A stretch of 64,000 nt of DNA, taken from sequence record PQ287642.1, one strand, 5' to 3'. Below are positions 19,614 through 29,213 of the stretch, in pieces. The position numbers were made by a program, and so were the translations under genes. The notes beneath the pieces were generated by a model. It made no database searches. It was not told the origin of the DNA and saw only the letters and a program-made list of their open reading frames with translations. Positions within the stretch are counted from its first letter, which is position 1, and the number at the start of each line of letters is the position of its first letter.

Positions 19614-19775
19614 GATGAAGGCTTTGTTTCGTCATTAGAGATCGTTAGAACTCCCACTGCACTGAACAACCCCGATTACGCTCGTCTTGCTCGTGGTGTT
19701 ATGACAAAGACAGTTGCTACCGATACAACAAATAGAGTGTTGTGGCCACTGTTTAAATATAGAGGGCGAGTTTAA
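19614..19775 (+). pseudogene. Possible 5'-truncated ORF remnant coupled to the next gene
   Basis: Stop-free protein-like frame ending TAA(19773-75), overlapping ATG 19775; no upstream start. Confidence 0.35.
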
Positions 19776-20659
19776 TGAAGATTACGTTTTATGGGACTGG
19801 AGTTGCTTGTAAGGAATATCGTGTTTATGCATCAGCCGAAATCACTGATCTTAATACACTAACGCCAATTGCAACCATTCCAGCTACTCCGCCTTACCGT
19901 AACTATCATGAAGTTGATTTCAATGCCATAAAGAACGTTCAGTACTATGTTGTTATTAGGCAGGTATTAGAAGAAGGTTTATTCTTAGATACCGGTCATA
20001 CTACCTGTATAGAACGTAATACTGGTGCCTTGTCTAATAATGCCGACATGGGTGTAGACAGGCTACAAAGGGGTGATTCTACATTGGGCTATTTCGGTAC
20101 AGTCCCTATGGAAGACTTACCTGGACTAACAGAACTCGTAGCAGCATATAGCTCTCTCAGGAGTGCTGACCTCAAGGGTACTACTGAACCTCCTTATGGA
20201 AAGTTTATGGTTAACAATGAGGTATATTTCATTCCATCCAGCGTACATAACTGGTTGTATCCAAATGAAGTATATGCAGCTGGGTTTGCAGCTGTCGAGG
20301 GAACACTTGACGGTACTTATATAACTCCGCAGATAAAAAGTGACAGTCGATTTAAAGGTCTAGTTGAACAAGGACGCGATATTATCTATCAAGGACATAC
20401 CTACCGACCATTCATTATGGATCAGTGGATGTTTGATAATCTGTTCACTCCGATGAACAATAATAAACAGTTACGGACAGCATCTAACTTACAAGTTAAA
20501 TATGATACAATAAGTAAGAAGGATGCTTATACAGCAGTTGCGCTTTCTAATAACAAGGCATCTAAATACGTTAGGCAAAATACAGTCGGGGCAACTATTC
20601 TTTGGTACGACCACTGGCTATTGTCTAATATTGATATCTGCTGGAAGCTGATGGAATAA
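19775..20659 (+). CDS. phiKZ-type virion structural paralog
   Basis: GDSTLGYFG motif shared with the 16796 protein. Confidence 0.65.
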   Translation: MKITFYGTGVACKEYRVYASAEITDLNTLTPIATIPATPPYRNYHEVDFNAIKNVQYYVVIRQVLEEGLFLDTGHTTCIERNTGALSNNADMGVDRLQRGDSTLGYFGTVPMEDLPGLTELVAAYSSLRSADLKGTTEPPYGKFMVNNEVYFIPSSVHNWLYPNEVYAAGFAAVEGTLDGTYITPQIKSDSRFKGLVEQGRDIIYQGHTYRPFIMDQWMFDNLFTPMNNNKQLRTASNLQVKYDTISKKDAYTAVALSNNKASKYVRQNTVGATILWYDHWLLSNIDICWKLME

Positions 20660-20672
20660 AAAAAAAAAATAA

Positions 20673-20710
20673 GACATATAGCCCTCTCCCGAAGGAGAGG
20701 GCTATATGTC
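20673..20710. terminator. Bidirectional terminator at the strand switch
   Basis: Perfect GACATATAGCCCTCTCC-CGAA-GGAGAGGGCTATATGTC between convergent genes; A12 run beside it. Confidence 0.9.
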
Positions 20711-20713
20711 GTC

Positions 20714-21247
20714 TTATACCAACTCGACTACATCGTAATCGTGATGTTTACCTTTACTGGTCCACCAGGCAAATTTACCGTCCTTGTTGATCCGATAACC
20801 ATCTCTTTCGGTCAGAGGATTCACAGCCAGATAGGTAGCGAATTGGGGATGGTCGTTATAGACTGGAAAACGATCGATAAGGAGTTTGGAAAATGGGAGA
20901 ATGTCGCGCATCGACTTATACAGAGGTGCGGTGATAGCGCGGTTATATTCTGTCAGGATGCGATTGACCTCAATGAATACAGGATCTTTTTCATCGATCA
21001 ACCATGGTGTTTCTCCTTCATTCAGAAGGAGCTGCTCACCATAGATCGGTATAGCAACTTCATAATCCTTTACGAATGCGAGACCACCTTTATTACCGGT
21101 TACTTCGGTGTGAATGATATTACCGTTATCATCACGCATTTGTACACGCCAGGTCATACCGAGCAGTTTTGCAGCGTGGACCATCCTTTCAACAAAGGTT
21201 TTGAAAGTGATGAGTTCTTTTGCAATAGCGATTTCATGTTGAGACAT
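20714..21247 (-). CDS. Hypothetical protein
   Basis: AAGGA SD; last gene before the bidirectional terminator. Confidence 0.75.
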   Translation of the reverse strand: MSQHEIAIAKELITFKTFVERMVHAAKLLGMTWRVQMRDDNGNIIHTEVTGNKGGLAFVKDYEVAIPIYGEQLLLNEGETPWLIDEKDPVFIEVNRILTEYNRAITAPLYKSMRDILPFSKLLIDRFPVYNDHPQFATYLAVNPLTERDGYRINKDGKFAWWTSKGKHHDYDVVELV

Positions 21248-21393
21248 TTTAATTTCCTTTTAAAAAAGTTGGATAACAGAAATGATGACAACGACACTGA
21301 TGAACGACCACATCAATCCACGTTGTAGCTTATCTTTACGCATATCACGTTGACGACGTTTAAGCCGTTCTTCAGGGAGGTTGCGCATTTTAT

Positions 21394-22071
21394 TTACCTA
21401 TTTACGATATTGACAGGACGGGGCTTAGAGTTAACCGATATCTTTTTCACTGCCCGACTTGCTACCCAATGACGTGCCCGATCACTAAGATCATTGTCAC
21501 GTGTGAGTATATTCGATTCAGCATTCCAGTGATCGAACCGACGACCAAGTACAGGGTAGTGTGCTTGAGCTAGAACCATGCATTCCAGTGGGCTTAGTTT
21601 GTTCTCAGCCGAGGTGAATACATTATTCAATAGTTCAACTGCTACAGCGCAACCAAAAATGATTGGTTTACGTGCAGGCGTGGAATAATAATTGCTCCTA
21701 AACATGTCATGGGTTGATTCGAACACATGAAGAACATTATCTTCATCGATGAGGATGTATTCGGCATTAGGCGTAAGCAGGTGTTGGAAATTCTTTGCGG
21801 TCTCTGCTAGACTATGTACATCATCTCCTGTCTCCAAGAAATTCAGCCAGCAATGACGATGTTCCGTATCTCCAACCATTGTAAATGCTTTTATAGCTCG
21901 ACCCCAGACTTTAGCTTCCCATTTGTTCTCAGAAGCAAGATAGATCTTGGACTTGTCCAGTTCCACGTAGTATGGTTGTGGTGTACCATCCTCTCCAGTG
22001 ATATCGCTCTGGGTGATCGTAGTAACTCGATCAACCAAAAGATCCTTACCATCCCATATGACAATAGTCAT
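21394..22071 (-). CDS. HslV/proteasome-beta-like Ntn hydrolase
   Basis: Thr after the initiator Met (MTIVIWDGKDLLVDR), SKIY, TMVGD, IIFGC motifs. Confidence 0.7.
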   Translation of the reverse strand: MTIVIWDGKDLLVDRVTTITQSDITGEDGTPQPYYVELDKSKIYLASENKWEAKVWGRAIKAFTMVGDTEHRHCWLNFLETGDDVHSLAETAKNFQHLLTPNAEYILIDEDNVLHVFESTHDMFRSNYYSTPARKPIIFGCAVAVELLNNVFTSAENKLSPLECMVLAQAHYPVLGRRFDHWNAESNILTRDNDLSDRARHWVASRAVKKISVNSKPRPVNIVNR

Positions 22072-22104
22072 TCTTTATATTCTCCTGTTTACAAGCTGAG
22101 ACGG

Positions 22105-22474
22105 AATAAAACCCGCTCCTCAACGGAGCGGGCTATTCGTTAGATTACCTTACCAGAAAGCTGGCCAGCTAAGGCACCGATTACGGGTCGGCACCCATCT
22201 GGTTAGGTAACGCCACTCGGGGATACCCCTCTCAACTGGAGGTAGTAACCGTCGTAACTTCAGATATAAAGACGGCCAAGTCAATATACCTGCTTCGGCT
22301 TGATCCTTTGGCATGGATCGCTGTTAGTCTCTCCGATCTTATGCGGAGAGAGCCCACTTACACCGAAAGCTAGTGGGAATAAGGTGAGGTCACTGCGGCA
22401 CCCTAATATGGCGACGGGGAGCCTTAGGGGAGATGATCCGGGTGACCTCTGTTCTGTTGGGACATTAGTCCTCG
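22105..22474 (-). ncRNA. Candidate structured ncRNA 3 (about 370 nt)
   Basis: At least 8 helices, GC-rich, no credible long ORF; TAC-N14-TATACGAG motif upstream on minus; U-tailed terminator about 22105-22135. Confidence 0.68.
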
Positions 22475-22495
22475 TATATCATTACAACTCAAGTA
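22475..22495 (-). promoter_or_regulatory. TAC-N14-TATA promoter-like motif of ncRNA candidate 3
   Basis: Minus strand GAATACTTG-AGTTGTAATGA-TATACGAG; last 8 nt identical to the tRNA-Thr motif. Confidence 0.62.
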
Positions 22496-22500
22496 TTCTT

Positions 22501-23031
22501 TTACGAGAGTTTAACTTCTACGTCAACTGACTCAAGACCAGTCCCGTTTCTTTTATTAGATCCACGTGCTAGCAGGTAACGAGACCAGGTCTCCGCTTGT
22601 ACTCGGTCAAACTTAAAGTAGATATGCTGCATGATCATCTTACTCAGGTCAGCGATTTCTTTCGACACCATATCAAAGAACAGGTCTTTGTCCATTACGT
22701 CAGCATCATAACGAGCCAGCTCAACGTTGCAATACTGTGCTTTCACTTTATCATAGAACTCAACAGCAGGTTCTTGATGAAAGTAATGGACTTTGTTATC
22801 TTTGATTTCGATACCATGGAGAGTGATCTCGATGTGGTTGCTATGATAGAAATGTTCACGCATAGCTTTATTAAACTCTTCCACCATCTTATCCAGATGG
22901 ATACCTCTAATAACCTCTTTGGCAGTGAATAGATAATTACCATTTGGATCAACGTATTGTTCGCGCGCCCAAAGACAGCACAGACCAATAGGAATGATCT
23001 CAGTGGGGATACGTAGATCACTGAGCTGCAT
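22501..23031 (-). CDS. Hypothetical protein
   Basis: AGGAG SD before MQLSD. Confidence 0.7.
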   Translation of the reverse strand: MQLSDLRIPTEIIPIGLCCLWAREQYVDPNGNYLFTAKEVIRGIHLDKMVEEFNKAMREHFYHSNHIEITLHGIEIKDNKVHYFHQEPAVEFYDKVKAQYCNVELARYDADVMDKDLFFDMVSKEIADLSKMIMQHIYFKFDRVQAETWSRYLLARGSNKRNGTGLESVDVEVKLS

Positions 23032-23485
23032 CGAGTTGCTCCTTCTTTGCATGGATGGATTTGGTTATGATAGTACGTCGTTCGCTTGCTGCATTGGACA
23101 TTATTGTAATTTGTTCTTGCATTTGAGTAAACAGTAAAAGTTCCAACATGGTGAGCAGCATATGCTCAATCCAGAGACGTACACACACCTTGTTCATAGG
23201 GGCAGTGTAATTGAGAGGCTGGACGACCTTAGCAAGTGCGCCAGTCAGCGGGCAGGTAAAGCAGATATGTAGATTCTCACTATCGCTATCTTCTGCCCAG
23301 TGAACATCTTCTCCCTCGCCATGTACCATATTCGTTACATGGACAACCGGCTGATGCTCAAATGCCTCGGGATGAGGAGTCGTGCCTTTCTCCGCGCATT
23401 GATCAAGATAGATATCGCGAATGACAGCCGTAAGCTCAGCTGGCTCAAGAGACGGCATAAAAGGGAATTTAAGAGTTACTGCCAT
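23018..23485 (-). CDS. Hypothetical protein
   Basis: Overlap-coupled; start at MAVT. Confidence 0.7.
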   Translation of the reverse strand: MAVTLKFPFMPSLEPAELTAVIRDIYLDQCAEKGTTPHPEAFEHQPVVHVTNMVHGEGEDVHWAEDSDSENLHICFTCPLTGALAKVVQPLNYTAPMNKVCVRLWIEHMLLTMLELLLFTQMQEQITIMSNAASERRTIITKSIHAKKEQLDAAQ

Positions 23486-23544
23486 TTGAAGGTTCCTATT
23501 GACGAGAGACAAAATAAACCCCTCCCCCGATCAAGGGGAGGGAG

Positions 23545-23710
23545 CTCAAGGTTGGTTGTGACACTAGTCACAGGGATCAGCCGATGGAAGACCCCTAAAG
23601 GTGATGGGACTCTAACCCATCGTGTCGATCGCTGGATTTCAGCCCAGCTTAACCAAATTGTAAAAGAGCTATCGTAAAGGATCAGGAAACGCATATGATA
23701 GTGCGTAACC
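23545..23710. ncRNA. Candidate structured RNA element 4
   Basis: Five helices in a 165-nt intergenic gap; strand unresolved. Confidence 0.45.
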
Positions 23711-23715
23711 TTTAA

Positions 23716-24138
23716 CTAAACGATTACCTCCCTAGGTGGAGGTTCGACCTTTGTCCAATCTAAAGTTAGAGGAGTAGCTATCTCTTCCTTCATTTTGAAC
23801 TCAACGATAGTACGTTGTCCAAAGTGCTTAACACCTAACATGTACCCATCGATGGCAACTTCGTATTGCCTACATAATTTACGGATGTATAACTCAGTGT
23901 CAGTTTCAACACGAGGATCTTCCGCTGTAGGACGATGTTGATGATCCCAGAAAATACAGAACTCTAGTTTCTGCCAGTTACTGAATTCTGGGTTATAGGA
24001 GAATTGATGTAGATGGGCCGCCTCATGTTCCTCTCCAACATAGAACATTAGACTATCGGTGGGCTCTCTAGTCAACTCACTGAAGTCGACTTTTTGCCCA
24101 CCTTTAGTGAGATCGACAACAATGAGTTGAGAAGCCAT
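23716..24138 (-). CDS. Hypothetical protein
   Basis: Coupled to 24138-24839. Confidence 0.75.
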   Translation of the reverse strand: MASQLIVVDLTKGGQKVDFSELTREPTDSLMFYVGEEHEAAHLHQFSYNPEFSNWQKLEFCIFWDHQHRPTAEDPRVETDTELYIRKLCRQYEVAIDGYMLGVKHFGQRTIVEFKMKEEIATPLTLDWTKVEPPPREVIV

Positions 24139-24839
24139 TATGCGCTCCGTCGGCTATCGGTCAGAGAACGGATGGTTCTACTGTCCGCCTCATTACGATT
24201 TTTATTCCGCGTGCGTTCAACTACACGGAATACATTTACATGTTGTTCATCAACTTCATAATTCTCAAACAGTTCACCAAAGTTGTTGGTCAACGAATCT
24301 ACGATCAGTCGTTTGGCATCTACCTCATTGATGTAGTGATAGAGAATAACGCCACGATGATACAGGAACAGAGGATAGTCCTGACCATTGATTCGAACTT
24401 CAGCTGCGAAGCCTCCGTAAGACATGGTGTCTGAATTGATGTCTTCGCGATATACATCCAACTGCACGTTATTGATCGTGTGCATTTGGATCATGTCGTT
24501 TCCATGACCACCAAAGAAGGTGGGACGCTTACGACCAGTTACAACATCTTGGATAGATTCCATCAGTCGTGATACGTCTGTAACGATCTCGATTACATCG
24601 CACAGTTTGTTGATTGCTTCGAGGAAACGAGCTTTCATTTCATCGACCTCGAAACTAGACCATGCCCGAGTTTCGTGGTTGAGAATGTTAACGCCAAACC
24701 AGGCATAACCGTTGTTATGTTTTACCTTTACGCACAGATGCGGTACATCATCCAAACCAGACTGATGATTCAACGTATAATCACTGATGCGTTTCAGGAC
24801 CAGTTGTACGAAGGGAAGATTGATGATCTTTGTCGACAT
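24138..24839 (-). CDS. Hypothetical protein
   Basis: AGGA SD; basic C-tail. Confidence 0.75.
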   Translation of the reverse strand: MSTKIINLPFVQLVLKRISDYTLNHQSGLDDVPHLCVKVKHNNGYAWFGVNILNHETRAWSSFEVDEMKARFLEAINKLCDVIEIVTDVSRLMESIQDVVTGRKRPTFFGGHGNDMIQMHTINNVQLDVYREDINSDTMSYGGFAAEVRINGQDYPLFLYHRGVILYHYINEVDAKRLIVDSLTNNFGELFENYEVDEQHVNVFRVVERTRNKNRNEADSRTIRSLTDSRRSA

Positions 24840-24916
24840 GGAGCTATTCCTATTAATTCTTAAAAGAGATTAGAGGCTACATAAGCACTCACTAGATTAT
24901 GTAGCCTCAGTACATT

Positions 24917-25606
24917 TTAATGACGAGTGAAGCTTTGATTCAAGCATCGACCCATAGGGGAATCGATGGTGAAGTTTTCCATGATCTCGATTGCTTCATC
25001 AATCGACTTGAACTCAGCTACCTCGGTGATAGTGAAACCCCGACATTTCAGGATATCTTCAGCTTGTTCAGTAACGAAGCTCTGAAGAAGCTTGTTCGAA
25101 CGGAAATGGTGAGAGTGTTCGATCTTACCAATGTAGTACATGAACTTGGTCAGTACTTCATATTCCGTGGTATTATTATTACGGGTTTTCGTCAGGAAAT
25201 AATCCGCCGACTTATCATGGCGGATGACGAACACCCTACCATTGGAAGATTTACGTGGCGCAGTTCGTTGCAGAAGTTGATCCCTTTGATCCAACTCTTC
25301 TCGCAGTTGTTCCACATTGATCTCCGGTTTAGTACAGAACCAAAGATCCAGTTTTTGGCCAGCCTTTACTGCTTCATCAATAGCAACCGGCATGTTTGCC
25401 ATACTTCCAGAACGGAAACGTTGCATTACAGCAGAAAATGACGGAGACTCCGCAAGCCATACGTCCCCAGTATCGCGGGTGACCAAAGCATACCAACCCT
25501 TTTTAACTTTAGGTGGGGTTGAGGTATTGGTGAAGTCAGCCATGTATTTCATGATCAGGCGGCGAGTATTCTCGTACGCTGCGGTCTTGGAATCATTAGT
25601 GTACAT
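24917..25606 (-). CDS. Tandem GIY-YIG-like domain protein
   Basis: Two repeats, KGWYALVTRDTGDVWLAES and GRVFVIRHDKSADYFLTKT. Confidence 0.5.
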   Translation of the reverse strand: MYTNDSKTAAYENTRRLIMKYMADFTNTSTPPKVKKGWYALVTRDTGDVWLAESPSFSAVMQRFRSGSMANMPVAIDEAVKAGQKLDLWFCTKPEINVEQLREELDQRDQLLQRTAPRKSSNGRVFVIRHDKSADYFLTKTRNNNTTEYEVLTKFMYYIGKIEHSHHFRSNKLLQSFVTEQAEDILKCRGFTITEVAEFKSIDEAIEIMENFTIDSPMGRCLNQSFTRH

Positions 25607-25681
25607 CAGGTACTCCTCTTAGAATTTGTATTTTCTATTTAATTGAGAAAAGCGGTGGGTTTTCCCCACCGCAATATATCG

Positions 25682-27196
25682 TCAAACGATATCTTTCGGG
25701 ATAGACTCGATGAAGGCTTTAACGTCATTGCGGTTTTCTGCAAACAGAGCTTGCAGATCACAACCGGCAATTGAACGAAACACAATGCCTTTATCTACTT
25801 GAGTAGACGGGAACATCAGCTCGATATAATCACGAACTTCTGCATCCTCCAGCAGACCGATCTCCCATTGATGATCAACACGGCCCTTACGAACCAATGC
25901 TGGATCAAGGTGCTCTGGATGGTTGGTAGTTAGAAGAATCAGCGATCCATCCAACGGAACAACACCATCAAGGGCATTCAACAGGCCAGAGAGTGTTAGG
26001 CCACCCATGCGAGTATCTTCTTCACCTCCATTCGCACGACGGTTATGAAGTTCCCATATGCGAAGCATAATTGGATCATCGGCAATGTATTTAGAAAGGG
26101 GTTCTTCCGGCACCGGTGCATCAAAGCTGTTTCCAATGACATCTCGGTATTGACGCGATTCAGTTGGGTTGTGTTGCTGATACCCAACACTGAAATCTTC
26201 ACCGGGTATATCCCATATACACATGGGTCCGCCGCCATTATCTATCACTCGATAGTTAGTCAACCCCATCTGAGTGATAAGGCTATCCAACTCATCTTCC
26301 TCACCAGCTGTCAGTTTCTTAAGCGAACGATTCTGGACTGCCTTATTGGTATCGAAGTCCTCGATCATCAGAACACTACCAGAAGGCATAGACGTAACAG
26401 CTTTACGAAGCAGTTCATCGGAGATACTGGCTAAAGACAACCAATAAATATTCTTATTAAACGCCGAAGCGATTGCCTTACCGATAGATGTCTTACCAGT
26501 GCCAGGGGGACCTGAAAGCATAGCGCACATTTTGTACGGCATGCCACGGGACTCATACCACTCTCGTCCAGAGAAGAACTCTTCAATCTTACCAATGATC
26601 TCCGCTTTTTGTTTGCGGTTCATGATAACTGTGTTCAGCGCGCGTTTAGTAATCGGGATAGAATCACCCCAACGCAAGCCTTCCCATGGAATGACGCAGA
26701 CTTCTTTATCATCTCCCTTAACACGGAATTCCTCTACAAGATCTAACAGTAGTTGAGTGTTCCTAGTCAAGCCGTGGATCTCAATCTGGAATTTTTCCAT
26801 ATGAGTACCAGAGCTATCCAGCTTAGAGCGATTGAACCAGAAGAAGCGCCCTTTGTAGAAGAAGAAATGGGTACCAAAACCAGCGCCGATATCGGTGCTA
26901 GGAGAGGGACTACCATTCCACATAGAGTTCAACGATAGCTTCCGACTGAACCTGGCAATAGGTTGTTGTTTGAACCACTTCATGAAGGCGATACATTGTT
27001 CTTCATTAGGGCCATGTCCACCATTGTTCATTATCAGGGATGTGACAACCTGATTCCGAATTGCGCTGAACATTTTCTTAGGTAAACTTCGCGCCATCAT
27101 AAGCACCCAGCCACCCAAACCAACACCGACTAAAGATGCGAATGTCGGATTGATCGACATGATCTCTTTGTACCAGGACATAAACTCCTGAATCAT
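25682..27196 (-). CDS. BCS1-like membrane AAA+ ATPase
   Basis: N-terminal TM, GFGTHFFFYKG BCS1_N-like motif, WYESRGMPYK, GPPGTGKT, IEDFD, LTLSGLLNALDG, TTNHPEHLDPALVRKGRVD. Confidence 0.88.
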   Translation of the reverse strand: MIQEFMSWYKEIMSINPTFASLVGVGLGGWVLMMARSLPKKMFSAIRNQVVTSLIMNNGGHGPNEEQCIAFMKWFKQQPIARFSRKLSLNSMWNGSPSPSTDIGAGFGTHFFFYKGRFFWFNRSKLDSSGTHMEKFQIEIHGLTRNTQLLLDLVEEFRVKGDDKEVCVIPWEGLRWGDSIPITKRALNTVIMNRKQKAEIIGKIEEFFSGREWYESRGMPYKMCAMLSGPPGTGKTSIGKAIASAFNKNIYWLSLASISDELLRKAVTSMPSGSVLMIEDFDTNKAVQNRSLKKLTAGEEDELDSLITQMGLTNYRVIDNGGGPMCIWDIPGEDFSVGYQQHNPTESRQYRDVIGNSFDAPVPEEPLSKYIADDPIMLRIWELHNRRANGGEEDTRMGGLTLSGLLNALDGVVPLDGSLILLTTNHPEHLDPALVRKGRVDHQWEIGLLEDAEVRDYIELMFPSTQVDKGIVFRSIAGCDLQALFAENRNDVKAFIESIPKDIV

Positions 27197-28020
27197 TTCT
27201 TTTCCCTCACGTAGCTGAAGTTTCCACGAGTGTATGTATTTTGGATCGGATGCTTCTCGATAATCTCATGGTTGGCCATCGAAAGCATGTTTTCAGTGAG
27301 TGCGGGAATATATTCCCCACCGATCATGTAACCGAGGTTCTTCCTTTCTTCATCGCCAATGTGACGTTGATACAAAGGTTGCTCATAGGTCACAATGAAT
27401 AGACCAGTATAACACTTGAAGATGATAAAGCATTGTCCGCGGAGGAACTTATAACGCCATTGCTGCTTTTTAATTTTCTCAATAGGGAACCGGTATTCTT
27501 TACCACCTTCACGGGAAATACGACGAATCTCACCTGCACATTTCTGTGCCCAGGATCCTTCACCGACGACATAGATTTCTTCGATCAAATCGTCGTAACC
27601 GGGACGGAACTCAGCCTTTCTCCCTCGGGCATTCTTGTAAATTTTGTACGACTGAACTTCAGGACCGAACCAGAATCCTTCAGTGAAGTTTACGACGTGT
27701 GGTGGACGATACACATTACGTGCGATTTTTACATCCACCTTAACGTCGCCATTAAGGGTGAAATCTTCGATATATGCCAGACGCCGCATCAGTTGATGAT
27801 ACGGGTAAAGCTTTTGCGTTTGTTCTCCCGGCAAATGAAAACGAAGAAGATGTGGTTCCACGTTATCGGAAATACGCATCCGATGGTTCTTGGTGAGTTC
27901 ACTCAGATTGAATGACTTAATTTCCTCACGCGCAGCTCGCGCTACATATTTCGCATATTTATTTTCACGATCATCAACGTAAATGTTCATGACAGCTGTG
28001 ACACTTTCATTGAAGTTCAT
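27193..28020 (-). CDS. Hypothetical early protein
   Basis: First ORF after the early promoter at 28057; AAGGA SD. Confidence 0.8.
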   Translation of the reverse strand: MNFNESVTAVMNIYVDDRENKYAKYVARAAREEIKSFNLSELTKNHRMRISDNVEPHLLRFHLPGEQTQKLYPYHQLMRRLAYIEDFTLNGDVKVDVKIARNVYRPPHVVNFTEGFWFGPEVQSYKIYKNARGRKAEFRPGYDDLIEEIYVVGEGSWAQKCAGEIRRISREGGKEYRFPIEKIKKQQWRYKFLRGQCFIIFKCYTGLFIVTYEQPLYQRHIGDEERKNLGYMIGGEYIPALTENMLSMANHEIIEKHPIQNTYTRGNFSYVREKK

Positions 28021-28056
28021 TGCATTTTCCTTTTGGTTAAGCTTAACGGCATAAAA

Positions 28057-28064
28057 GTAATATA
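28057..28064 (-). promoter_or_regulatory. phiKZ-type early promoter TATATTAC
   Basis: Exact match on minus, just upstream of an ORF. Confidence 0.75.
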
Positions 28065-28099
28065 GACCTCTAAACGGTTAGAATAGAGGTCTACTTTTT

Positions 28100-28312
28100 C
28101 TAGAACTTCAGTTCATGTTCCCTGGCTTTGAATACCAGAGGACGTGCACGATCCTGAACACTGACCACAAATTGATCAGTCCCAGGAATCTGACCGAGTA
28201 GAGTTAGGGGTTCATCCTTTTCTGCACAGAGATAAGAAGTCCGCCCTTTCAAGGCTGAAGCTTCAATTCGTTCACTAGCACGAACAGTAACACGATAAGT
28301 CATTTCATTCAC
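28100..28312 (-). CDS. Small SH3-like beta protein
   Basis: Pattern shared with 39277 and 39506. Confidence 0.55.
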   Translation of the reverse strand: MNEMTYRVTVRASERIEASALKGRTSYLCAEKDEPLTLLGQIPGTDQFVVSVQDRARPLVFKAREHELKF

Positions 28313-28875
28313 TCAAAGTCAATTACACGCCAACGATCATACCCGCACGCAGCGAGCAAACCGACACGCTCCATTGCAGGCACATAGCCCGACAGTTTGA
28401 CGGTCTTCAATTCTCCGGTTTCCATCCCATGATACAACGATTTCGCAATAGCCGTGTCCGGATACCACTGCGTCAACGGAATCGAAGTATTATAGGTATA
28501 ACCGCAGAACACATCATAAACGTGATGATGTTCATTAATGAACAGACAGTTACCTTGAGCGCCGTTATCGTGATGGGTTTCTTGGATCAACGCGCGGATC
28601 TCACTCAGATGGCCGGAAGTAAAGCTATCGTAAAACCGGCCAACATCATCATCCCAAAGCAGATCACGAATACGACGAACCAGAGTATCTTCACCACCAA
28701 TGATGATACACTTGATTTTCTGTTTGCGTTCTTCCTGCGGGGGATGGTAAGTGTTGTCGTTATTTTCATGGAAGCGAACGACATGGGTATTGAAACCGCA
28801 ATCCTTACGACCGAAGAAAACAACCTGATCGGCAAAAACTGCCTGGGCGAAATGCATTTGTCCTTTCATATTCAC
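28309..28875 (-). CDS. Hypothetical protein, possible degenerate Ntn-fold paralog
   Basis: IKCIIIGG and GNCLFINEHHHVYDVF resemble motifs in 21394-22071. Confidence 0.55.
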   Translation of the reverse strand: MNMKGQMHFAQAVFADQVVFFGRKDCGFNTHVVRFHENNDNTYHPPQEERKQKIKCIIIGGEDTLVRRIRDLLWDDDVGRFYDSFTSGHLSEIRALIQETHHDNGAQGNCLFINEHHHVYDVFCGYTYNTSIPLTQWYPDTAIAKSLYHGMETGELKTVKLSGYVPAMERVGLLAACGYDRWRVIDFE

Positions 28876-29213
28876 TCCTCCAAAATATGGATGGCTTCAC
28901 CGCGTTCCAAGAACGGCAGATAAGTCTCGTAGTTGTTGATGACCCACTGGCAGGATTCGTGCTTCGGGGTATCCTGAATGAATACACGCATAAAGGTCAG
29001 AAGGTAGATCAGAGAAGCACGGTTGAAACTCAGACCAGCCTGTTCCCATTCTTCCTTGTATTGGCGGGCCTTATCGATGTGATAATCCAAACCTTCCAAT
29101 GCAGCGATGTTAACACCATCGACAGCGTTAGCCAAATCCTCGATCATGTACGGGAAAACCAGATCGACGTACTCATCATGTTCAACAGCGTTTACTTGTT
29201 CGATAGCGTTCAT
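28872..29213 (-). CDS. Hypothetical protein
   Basis: Coupled ORF. Confidence 0.7.
   Translation of the reverse strand: MNAIEQVNAVEHDEYVDLVFPYMIEDLANAVDGVNIAALEGLDYHIDKARQYKEEWEQAGLSFNRASLIYLLTFMRVFIQDTPKHESCQWVINNYETYLPFLERGEAIHILEE

Noticed and set aside
19600-19660. Hammerhead-like CTGATGA on + and CTAATGACGAAAC on -
   Set aside because: The + strand has no downstream GAAA or stem II; the - strand lacks stem II and has G5 changed to A; better explained as a terminator plus an ORF remnant
20658-20669. A12 homopolymer as a phase-variation or frameshift site
   Set aside because: It begins within the stop codon and extends beyond it, and serves as the U-tail of the minus-strand terminator
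22300-23694. ORFs 22300-22530(+), 23300-23677(+) and 23476-23694(-) over the structured elements
   Set aside because: No SD, atypical composition, and they cross terminators or overlap real genes
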